Source: Candidatus Micrarchaeota archaeon (lineage in GTDB: Archaea > Micrarchaeota > Micrarchaeia > Norongarragalinales > SBBD01). From it: a stretch of 64,000 nt of DNA. The position numbers were made by a program, and so were the translations under genes. The first letter of the stretch is position 1. Each line of letters begins with the position of its first letter. The stretch is from assembly GCA_038046605.1 (NCBI GenBank), contig JBBSVW010000073.1, positions 196 to 64,195 on the forward strand, written 5' to 3'. Below are positions 18,203 through 26,345 of this stretch, piece after piece. The notes beneath the pieces are model-generated. The model did no database searches. It saw nothing but the letters and a program-made list of their open reading frames with translations, and was not told the DNA's origin.

Positions 18203-18633
18203 TTTCTTTTTATCCAAGTAATGTGATCCTTCCTTTGCCTTCTGAAATAATAAAAAAAGCGGAACTCATTTGCTTTCCGGATATTTGATGAAGAGCAGCG
18301 TCAGGCCGATCACCATGAATATGAGCGGTAATGGTTCATAGGCGGGATTTGCAATACCGAGATTGTAATTGTTTCCTGCCAATTGATTTAGTATTGCCGA
18401 CGTATCTGCAGAGTTTAGGTAATAAATCGCCTTTATTCCTTCTTTGATGAATTCTGTGAATCCATAAACGAACAATCCGCTTCCAACCAATTTTCCGGCG
18501 ATTTCAGTCATATTCCATCCCATGCGATCACCTATTCAACTAGGCTTAGCCGGTATTAAAACATGACGAAGGCAGGGATGTAATTTCTAAGGGAGCGCCC
18601 CCATCGCAAGATTCATATATCGCCCTCCTCTAA

Positions 18634-20079
18634 TTGTTGTTGATTTCCATGAGCATCTTCAAGGGCTATGACATCCGCGGGGTTTACGGTGAAACGCTAA
18701 ACGAAAAGATCGCTGTGGGGATTGGCAAGGCGTTTGCAACGCTCCTGCTGAAAAAAAAGCTCCCAAACCGCAAATTATTCATCGGCAGGGACAATCGCAG
18801 ATCCTCCCCTGGGCTTAGGAACGCAATTGCAAATCCGCTCCATTTCGCGGGCTTTGACATTGTGGATCTGGGCGTGGCTTCCACTCCCCTAGTGCAATAT
18901 GCCATCTCGCGGGAAAAATGCGCCGGCGCCGTGATTGTAACTGCCTCCCACAACCCTGCACAATACAACGGCTTCAAACTATACCTGAAAAACCTTCCCC
19001 TAATGGGCGCCGATATGCATGGGATGGAGCGGATTTTCAAGAGCGGAAAGTTCCTCTCGACAGGAAAGCAGGGGCATGAGCTAAGCCGGCCAATTGAGGG
19101 GGAATATATCGGGGATGTACTTGGGAGGGTGCGCCTTTACCGCAAAATGCGCGTTGTGATAGATTCCGGGAATGGCACATGCGGCGCTGTTGCCCGCGAG
19201 CTATTGACAAGAATGGGCTGCTCCGTAATTTCCCTCTTCGAGGATATGGAAAGCGCGTTCCTCAACCATATTGCAGACCCCCATGACCCCAAAAACCTCA
19301 AATGGCTATCCGAAGAGGTCGTAAGGCAAAGGGCGGATTTAGGCATCGCCTTTGATGGCGATGGCGACCGCGCAGGCTTTGTTGACAATGCAGGAAAACC
19401 AATCAGGGAAGATGATGTTGCAATCCTGTTTTTGAGGCATGAGCTGGAAAAAGCTGGCCGGGATGGGGGCAAAAAAGGATCGATAGGCAAAAAGGTCAAG
19501 CTTCCCAAATCGAGCCGATCAATCGTCTATGATTTGCGCCTTAGCCGGGCAGTTCCCGAAGAAGTGAAAAAACTAAGAGGAAAGCCAATCATGAGCAAGG
19601 CCGGAAGGATTGCAATCAGGGAAAATCTCATCGCGCAAAAAGCGCTTTTCGGAGGGGAGGTTTCGGGCCATTACTTCTTTGCCGACCACTTTGGATTTGA
19701 TGATGGCATTTACGCCGGCGCGAAAATGTGCGAAATTGTCAGCGGGCTTGGAATGCGCCTTTCTGATGCCGTAAAATCCATTTCCCACTACCCGGCGACC
19801 CCCGAAATACGCCTCCACTGCGACAATGAAAAGAAATTCAAACTGGTTGAAAATGTGAAAAAAATCCTCCGGAAGAAATACGGCTCGAAAATCCTGACAA
19901 TTGATGGCGTCTACCTCAATTTGGAGGATGCATGGGGCCTTCTTCGCGTCTCCAATACCGAGCCTGCAATAACCCTTCGTTTCGAGGGAAAAACGAAAAA
20001 GGACTTTAAGGATGTTTATGGGATTTTTGGGAAGCTACTGAAAGGTGAGGGGATAAAACTGCCTATTCTGCCTACTTAA
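18634..20079 (+). CDS. Phosphoglucomutase/phosphomannomutase
   Basis: Active-site TASHNPAQYNG. Mg-binding DGDGDR. Four-domain length. Confidence 0.9.
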   Translation: MLLISMSIFKGYDIRGVYGETLNEKIAVGIGKAFATLLLKKKLPNRKLFIGRDNRRSSPGLRNAIANPLHFAGFDIVDLGVASTPLVQYAISREKCAGAVIVTASHNPAQYNGFKLYLKNLPLMGADMHGMERIFKSGKFLSTGKQGHELSRPIEGEYIGDVLGRVRLYRKMRVVIDSGNGTCGAVARELLTRMGCSVISLFEDMESAFLNHIADPHDPKNLKWLSEEVVRQRADLGIAFDGDGDRAGFVDNAGKPIREDDVAILFLRHELEKAGRDGGKKGSIGKKVKLPKSSRSIVYDLRLSRAVPEEVKKLRGKPIMSKAGRIAIRENLIAQKALFGGEVSGHYFFADHFGFDDGIYAGAKMCEIVSGLGMRLSDAVKSISHYPATPEIRLHCDNEKKFKLVENVKKILRKKYGSKILTIDGVYLNLEDAWGLLRVSNTEPAITLRFEGKTKKDFKDVYGIFGKLLKGEGIKLPILPT

Positions 20080-21235
20080 TTTTTCTAACTATTCCTTTAT
20101 TCGCATCCACTTCGAGCATATCGCCGTCCTTGAAAACCTTCGTTGCAATTTTTGTGCCAACAATGCAGGGTTTTCCAAATTCACGGCTCACAATTGCGGC
20201 GTGCGAGAGCAGTCCCCCTTCGTTAGTAACTATTGCGGCAGCCTTTTCCATCGCCGGAACAAATGCAGGCATCGTAGACGAGGCAACCAATATGTCCCCG
20301 TTCATTACCCTGCCTATTTCTGTTATGGAGTGGATTATAATTGCCTTTCCGATTGCATGACCCGCTGAAACCGCCATTCCCTTCAATTCTGAAATATGGG
20401 AGAATTGGCCTACAACCTTGCGTTCCTTCCGGTTATACCCCCTTAGCTCTTCCCCTTCGTATAATGTGATTTTGCCGCCCTCCCATACGATGGCGCAATC
20501 CTTATACCTATCCGCAATCCTTCTTTTGAACGCGCCATCGAAAACCACATTTTTTTCCAATGCTTCCTTAATTTCAGAACTGCGCATTTCAATTATTTCA
20601 TTTGTGGAAAGGCCAAGCCTCCTCCCGATTTCCTCGAAGAGCCGCTTGCTTTTGTGAGTAAACAAGCCGTAGGTTTCATCCCCTTCCATGGAAAGCCATG
20701 TCCAAAGCGATGCGGTCTCAATTTGTGTTTTCTCCTCCTTTGATAATAGCCAATCGCGCCTAAGTTGTTTACCGTATTCGTCTTTTTGCCTCTGATTTGC
20801 CATAAGCCCCAATTCAAGTTTCAGCCCCTTTTCCAGTATATCCCCTGCGCGTTTCCGGATGCTTTTTTCCGTGTAAGGTTCGCCGTAAAAAACATAATGC
20901 CCCAAATGGGCATAATTCGAAACGTGGGCCTTTATGGCAGAATCGACTGATTGGTCTTGCGCTTCCATCATCCCTGCAATTCCGACTAGGGATTTCCTTT
21001 CCTTCACCATGCCCGTTTTCTTTTCCATGCTGGTGAGGGCGGAGAGCAGTTCCATCTGCTTGTGGGGGTCCTTTTCCCTCTTGGAGACAATTTCAATTAT
21101 TAAATCGGGATAGAATCGGTTGATGATTATGTATTGGTAGGCCGTGACGTAAACGCGCCTTTGCACATCGCATAGCCTCTCAAATTCCAAAGCCAAGGCT
21201 GAATTGGATAATTTATTCCAATTTGTTCCTTCCAA
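20072..21235 (-). CDS. Second protein with C-terminal PEP-utilising-enzyme mobile domain and novel N-terminal region
   Basis: C-terminal GGLLSHAAIVSREFGKPCIVGTK...GDMLEVDANKGIV. N-terminal ~300 aa unrelated to ATP-grasp. Confidence 0.6.
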   Translation of the reverse strand: MEGTNWNKLSNSALALEFERLCDVQRRVYVTAYQYIIINRFYPDLIIEIVSKREKDPHKQMELLSALTSMEKKTGMVKERKSLVGIAGMMEAQDQSVDSAIKAHVSNYAHLGHYVFYGEPYTEKSIRKRAGDILEKGLKLELGLMANQRQKDEYGKQLRRDWLLSKEEKTQIETASLWTWLSMEGDETYGLFTHKSKRLFEEIGRRLGLSTNEIIEMRSSEIKEALEKNVVFDGAFKRRIADRYKDCAIVWEGGKITLYEGEELRGYNRKERKVVGQFSHISELKGMAVSAGHAIGKAIIIHSITEIGRVMNGDILVASSTMPAFVPAMEKAAAIVTNEGGLLSHAAIVSREFGKPCIVGTKIATKVFKDGDMLEVDANKGIVRKIK

Positions 21236-21296
21236 CTTGTGGCATTCCCCCTTAAACGCCTTTATCCATTCCTCCGCGTGCCTGCCGGTCTTATAG

Positions 21297-21782
21297 CTAA
21301 TCTCTTAAATATTCATACATTTTAGGCATGTTGTTAGGGTCGTCGAAAATCTTCCGTAAACGATACTTCACGCCTGCCACAGTTCTCAACGCACGGTTTG
21401 ACAAATCCCTTCGCCCTGGCTTCCAGCAAGGCTCCGCCGGGTTAAGCTCAGGTGCGTACTTCGGAAAACGAATTAAACGAAAACTCTTGCGGTGATTGTG
21501 AATGAATTCGTCCACGCGTTTTCCTTTGTGGCAAGGCCCGCTGTCAACAAACAAAGCAACCTTGTTAAAACGCCCGACGACCTGTTTGCAATGCTGAACG
21601 AACTGCTTCTGTTTTTTTCTCTTGAAAAAAGTGTAAACCAACGCCCGCTTCGTACGAGTGGCAAACACGTTCGTATACTTCCGCTGGAAGTTTATGGGCG
21701 CCGTGGGGCGGCTCCCTTTGGGAGCCCAGCCTCGCGTGACGTTGGGAAGAAGTCCAAATGAGGCCTCATCCTCGCAGCCCAC
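21297..21782 (-). CDS. IS630-family transposase DDE_3 catalytic part (OrfB)
   Basis: ALFVDSGPCH...YAPELNPAE (D...D...E, cf. YSPDLNPIE). Confidence 0.7.
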   Translation of the reverse strand: MGCEDEASFGLLPNVTRGWAPKGSRPTAPINFQRKYTNVFATRTKRALVYTFFKRKKQKQFVQHCKQVVGRFNKVALFVDSGPCHKGKRVDEFIHNHRKSFRLIRFPKYAPELNPAEPCWKPGRRDLSNRALRTVAGVKYRLRKIFDDPNNMPKMYEYLRD

Positions 21783-22356
21783 AACAAAACCTTTTTTTCG
21801 GTAGTACCGCGCGATTCGCCGCGCTTTTTTTTAAAAGCGTCCTGCTCTTCTTTGCCAGGCGATTTGTAATGCCTCGGCCTCGGTACAAGCAAGGAAAAAC
21901 CGCAGGCGATAAGCAATCGCCAGACGTGTTGCGGCGTGTACGTCACGCCGAACTTTTTCTTGATTAACGCGAGGACTTCTTTCGAAGTCCATAAACGCGA
22001 AGGAGCGCGAGGGTTGCCTTTCTCAAGAATTTTTAGCAAATGCAGGCGCTGTCTTTTCGTAAGGTGCGGCGGGCGGCCTTCTTGTTTTACTGCGCGTGCA
22101 GCCTGTTGACCTTTTTCTGCGAAACGGTGCAGAATGCTTACGACGGTTTGCTTTGACGCGGCGCACGCTTCCGCAACGGCGTCCAAGGATTTGCCTTGTT
22201 TACGGTGGATGGCGATGAGCCATCGGAGTTTGGATTTTGCGTTGGTTTCTGCCGCCATGTGTTGTTTAAGCTCTTGAAGTGAAACGTGCGGCATGAACAT
22301 TTCTCCACGAGCGAGATCCCAAGTCATACAATTATTAGGAAGTATGAATATATAAG
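21304..22356 (-). mobile_element. IS630 (Tc1/mariner)-family insertion sequence, ~1.05 kb, imperfect terminal inverted repeats cttaaatattcatac / cttatatattcatac
   Basis: Two overlapping transposase ORFs (HTH then DDE_3), IRs at both ends, locally elevated GC. Confidence 0.7.
21692..22327 (-). CDS. IS630-family transposase N-terminal part (HTH/winged-helix, OrfA)
   Basis: HTH_Tnp_IS630-like region. Overlaps OrfB by 91 nt. A7G slippery run (aaaaaaag on minus strand, ~21792-21800). Confidence 0.7.
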   Translation of the reverse strand: MTWDLARGEMFMPHVSLQELKQHMAAETNAKSKLRWLIAIHRKQGKSLDAVAEACAASKQTVVSILHRFAEKGQQAARAVKQEGRPPHLTKRQRLHLLKILEKGNPRAPSRLWTSKEVLALIKKKFGVTYTPQHVWRLLIACGFSLLVPRPRHYKSPGKEEQDAFKKKRGESRGTTEKKVLLWAARMRPHLDFFPTSREAGLPKGAAPRRP

Positions 22357-22667
22357 TTATTCGCTATTAATGAGAAAATCAGGATCCTTACCTAGCTCTA
22401 TTTTCAGTAGCGAAATCCATTCTTTGATCTCGTTTGAATCATGCCACCTTGCCCCGTTGAATTGCCTAAAGAATTTCAAATTGAAATCCACTCCTAATAG
22501 TTCCGAAAGGTAGCCTTCCTGGAACCCTTCACATGCAAGGTCCATTGCCAGAACCGCGTGGTTCCTTCCCCTCCTTGCTATTTCCTCCCAAATTGGAGCT
22601 GAATTTATCGACATAACCCACTTTTCTCCCTTAATTTTCCGGGCAATAATCTGCAATCTCCCTTAAA

Positions 22668-23390
22668 TCAATATCCCATCATTTCCAACTTCAAATTCAA
22701 TATCCCCCCAAGCATCCTAGCGGTATCGGAAAACTTAACCTTCCCCTCCTTCTTGTGGTGCCATTCAATTCCGATTTCGGAAATTGCAAACCCGTGCTTT
22801 TTTGCCTTTGCAATCAGTTCCACATCCCATTCAAAACCCTTAAGCTTGATTAGTGGCAGGAGTTTTTTTGCGGCCTTTTTCCGGATCCCCTTAAAGCCGC
22901 ATTGCGTATCATTGATTTTCAGGTTGAAAAGAAGGTTTACCAGCGCATTGAATGAACGGCTAGCAAGCTTCCTTCTTAATGGGATTTTGCCGTAAATGTC
23001 GCTATTCTTGTGCGCCCTGCTGCCAATAACCAGGTCGTATTTTTCAAGTTCGCTAAGCATTTTTGGGATCTCGCGCGGAGGGATTGCGCCATCCGCATCA
23101 TAGGTGATAATGGGATCCCCCTTTGCCAACCGGAAGCCTTCCATGAGCCCGCCTCCTTTCCCCAGCCTTTTTGGATAGTGGCAAATGCGGATTTTCCCCT
23201 CCCCGCTCCGGAATTGCCCGACTTTTTGGGCTGTCCTATCCAAGCCATCATCAATTACAAGAACCTCATATTCGCCCCTCTTGTAGCTCTTTTCAAGGAA
23301 GAAAAATAGCGCCTCAAGTGTCTCTTCTATGCGGTTCTCCTCGTTGTGCGTTGGTATTAGCATTGTGAACATTTGATTCCAGGGATACAT
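22668..23390 (-). CDS. GT2 glycosyltransferase (dolichyl-phosphate hexose synthase-like)
   Basis: Conserved YEVLVIDDG and YDADG acidic motifs. Confidence 0.8.
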   Translation of the reverse strand: MYPWNQMFTMLIPTHNEENRIEETLEALFFFLEKSYKRGEYEVLVIDDGLDRTAQKVGQFRSGEGKIRICHYPKRLGKGGGLMEGFRLAKGDPIITYDADGAIPPREIPKMLSELEKYDLVIGSRAHKNSDIYGKIPLRRKLASRSFNALVNLLFNLKINDTQCGFKGIRKKAAKKLLPLIKLKGFEWDVELIAKAKKHGFAISEIGIEWHHKKEGKVKFSDTARMLGGILNLKLEMMGY

Positions 23391-24488
23391 CTGAAAATTA
23401 TCATATTAAAGGCTTGGGGTTCTATAAATTCGCTGATAGAAATGGCGGACATCACGGATCGGATCTGGGAAATGGAAGGGGGGAAGCCCAAAACATGGTG
23501 GTGGTGGTTTTGGCTATTTTACATTGATAATCCCAAGGACCCCAAAAAGCCAAGGCAGCTCATGATCCTTTGGAGCGTGAAACGCGAAAAGCACATCCTT
23601 TGCAATGATGTCCTGCTTGATATGGATGGCGATGTCGTGAACGAAGGGGGAAAGATTAGTTTCAAGGGCGCAACCGCAAGCTGGTTTTTCGATGGCAATA
23701 GTATGCATGAGGACTTCCTTGTGGCTCCATCGAATATTACAATCAACGGGAATGGAAAACGTAATTTGGATGCAGAAAAAAGTAAATTCGCCCAAAAAGG
23801 GAAGGAATTCCGCGTTTTCATTGATGGCAGGCAGGCGCAGGTGGATTTCAAGTGCCGTATGCTGCCAAATACCCCTCCAATCCACAAGGACCACAACTTC
23901 CTTGGCACGCTGGGCTACGATATTCTCAAAATAAATCGCCTATCCCTGACCGGAACAATAAAACAGAAGGGAAAAATCGAAAAAATCTCCGGCACCGCCT
24001 ACTTCCAGAAGGTATTTGTGACTGGGCCGGTAATTCCCTGGCAGTGGGGGCTTGTGCACTTTGAAAATGGGAGCATTTTGAGCTACAACATAGGCCGGAT
24101 TGGGGAGTCGTTTTTTGCAGAGCGTAATTCGCCCCTTGATTTAAAACTACGAAGGAAGCTCGAGTTCTACGATTCGAAAACAAGAAAGCATTACCTGTTC
24201 GGGGATGTTAGAATCCATCGCACTAAAGGCGATCTTCCGGCTTTTATCCTGGAGGCAAAAAACAATGCGGCAGGAGGGCAAAATCTCAAAATCACCCTAC
24301 AATCCTACTCGCGCGCGCTTTGGCGCCTCCAGAAATCAAGGCGGCATGCCCTTAACACCCTCTATTACCATGAATTCTGCGTCAACGCGGATGATTTCTC
24401 ATTCACCACCGGTGGTAAAACCATTTCATTAGGGGAGGTGGGGGAGGGGGTTGGCAATTGCGAGGATTCAAAAGGAATGCTTGTTTAG
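23373..24488 (+). CDS. Hypothetical protein (Trp-rich N-terminal motif WWWWFWLFY)
   Basis: ORF only. Confidence 0.35.
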   Translation: MIPGIHLKIIILKAWGSINSLIEMADITDRIWEMEGGKPKTWWWWFWLFYIDNPKDPKKPRQLMILWSVKREKHILCNDVLLDMDGDVVNEGGKISFKGATASWFFDGNSMHEDFLVAPSNITINGNGKRNLDAEKSKFAQKGKEFRVFIDGRQAQVDFKCRMLPNTPPIHKDHNFLGTLGYDILKINRLSLTGTIKQKGKIEKISGTAYFQKVFVTGPVIPWQWGLVHFENGSILSYNIGRIGESFFAERNSPLDLKLRRKLEFYDSKTRKHYLFGDVRIHRTKGDLPAFILEAKNNAAGGQNLKITLQSYSRALWRLQKSRRHALNTLYYHEFCVNADDFSFTTGGKTISLGEVGEGVGNCEDSKGMLV

Positions 24489-24508
24489 AACTTAATGGGT
24501 AGATTGCT

Positions 24509-25414
24509 ATGAAGGTTACGGATCATTCGCCAAATGGATCGCAAAGCGCAAAGGCGCTTTTCTCCCAATTCGAAAATTCCGGCTTCCAGGCATCCGAGCT
24601 ATTCGCCGCATCAAATGCGCTAAATGGAATGCTATCCGACAAGGAATGCACGCGCTTTTTGGCATTCACTGGAAATATGGCGGCAAGCGGACTTCGTGGC
24701 ATTTTTGCGGACATGCTAAAACGTAAAATGTTCGATGCGGTGGTTACAACCGGGGGGGCAATCGACCACGACCTGATGCGCTCCTTTTCCAAGTATGAAC
24801 TGGGCGATTTCCAGCAGGATGATGTTGCGCTGCACAAAAAGGGGATCAACCGCCTAGGAAACATACTCGTTGACAATAAAAATTACATCGCGCTCGAAAA
24901 GAAAATGCAGCCTCTCCTAAAGAAATTGCATTCGCAAAAGGGCATAGTATCCGGGCGCGAACTTATTTCCGAAATCGCAAAGGGAATCGATGACAAGAAC
25001 TCCTTCCTTTACTGGAGCCAAAAAAACAACATCCCAATCTTCTCCCCCGGGCTGATCGATTCGGCAATTGGCCTTCAGCTTTTCTTCTACAAGCAGGACC
25101 ACAAGGATTTTGTCCTCGATGCAACCGGTGACATGAAGGAGCTTGCCAATCTTGTTCTGACGGCAAAGCGGACCGGTGCGCTCATTTTGGGAGGGGGTAT
25201 TTCCAAGCACTACACAATTGCCAGCAACCTCCTTCGCGGCGGGCTTGATTATTCCGTCTACATTACAACCGCAAGTGCATATGATGGCTCCCTTTCAGGC
25301 GCCTACCCCAAGGAAGCCAAAAGCTGGGGAAAAATCAAGGAAAAGGGGAAGACGGCGGTAGTTTACGGGGATGCGACGATTTTGCTTCCGCTTCTGTACT
25401 CGTCACTAATATAG
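24509..25414 (+). CDS. dys: Deoxyhypusine synthase
   Basis: AVVTTGGAIDHD and ILGGGISKHY motifs characteristic of DHS. Confidence 0.85.
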   Translation: MKVTDHSPNGSQSAKALFSQFENSGFQASELFAASNALNGMLSDKECTRFLAFTGNMAASGLRGIFADMLKRKMFDAVVTTGGAIDHDLMRSFSKYELGDFQQDDVALHKKGINRLGNILVDNKNYIALEKKMQPLLKKLHSQKGIVSGRELISEIAKGIDDKNSFLYWSQKNNIPIFSPGLIDSAIGLQLFFYKQDHKDFVLDATGDMKELANLVLTAKRTGALILGGGISKHYTIASNLLRGGLDYSVYITTASAYDGSLSGAYPKEAKSWGKIKEKGKTAVVYGDATILLPLLYSSLI

Positions 25415-25507
25415 TGCAGGATAGATGTGGGATTTGCGGATGGAATTTTCCGTATTGGGATGGCCGAGTATTGTTTCCGCCGGTTTTGGCCCCTTAAATC
25501 CGCGTCC

Positions 25508-25843
25508 TCATTTGTCAAAAACGCCCCTCAATATCCTTATGGCCCTTTTTTGCACCTCGAATTCCATGAATATCCTGCGCAGGCGGACCATTGCTGCAAT
25601 AATTATGATGTAGGCGATAAGCGAAAGCAGGTCGTCCAAATCGCCCTTGGGGAAACTGATGTTCAAAACGCCAAGATCCTGCGCGATGCCAACTACTGCC
25701 TGCAGTACAAGCAGGAGAAAGCCGTTCAATAGGAGCCTTAGGGAAGCCTGCAGTTTCGTATCGCTCATCACATGGTAAAATCTGTAGGTGTAATAGAAAA
25801 GAAGGGAGCTTCCAAGGAAGCTTGCAAATTCGAGCGCGAGCAT
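25508..25843 (-). CDS. Small membrane protein (paralog pair, copy 2)
   Basis: 3 predicted TM, 111 aa. Same architecture as the adjacent gene. Confidence 0.4.
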   Translation of the reverse strand: MLALEFASFLGSSLLFYYTYRFYHVMSDTKLQASLRLLLNGFLLLVLQAVVGIAQDLGVLNISFPKGDLDDLLSLIAYIIIIAAMVRLRRIFMEFEVQKRAIRILRGVFDK

Positions 25844-25849
25844 ATTTTT

Positions 25850-26188
25850 TCACCTAAGGAATTCATGAAGAATTTTAACGAGCTTGTTTTCGACACGCAG
25901 GATGTTGACAATCTTGTTCAACCTGATAATTGCAACGGCAAAAAGAAGGTATGCAAGCGCCTGGAAGAGCTCTTCAACAGAAATGAAGTTGATGAATGAA
26001 ATGGCTACGCCAGTAAGTGCCGCATGGATGCCAAGCGCGCCCCTGAACGTATAGAGCAAAAATGCGGCAGATAAAATGTCCAGCTCTTGCTTTACCTTAG
26101 TCCCCCGGAAAATCCCATATAGGGAATAGATTGCAAGAAGCATGAGGGCGCCAAGAAGCGTCCTAATTATCTCGAGCCAAAGTGCCAT
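25850..26188 (-). CDS. Small membrane protein (paralog pair, copy 1)
   Basis: 3 predicted TM, 112 aa. Confidence 0.4.
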   Translation of the reverse strand: MALWLEIIRTLLGALMLLAIYSLYGIFRGTKVKQELDILSAAFLLYTFRGALGIHAALTGVAISFINFISVEELFQALAYLLFAVAIIRLNKIVNILRVENKLVKILHEFLR

Positions 26189-26345
26189 TCAAATCGGAAT
26201 CATTATCTCGTGGCCGTATTTATAGATATTGATTTGTTGCCATCCGCATCAGGTTTGCGTGGGCGCAATCAAAATGGTGGTTATCTGAATATTCCTAATC
26301 GTGGTTATACTTGCGGATTTTGGGAAATTTTGCCGCCTTTTCTTG

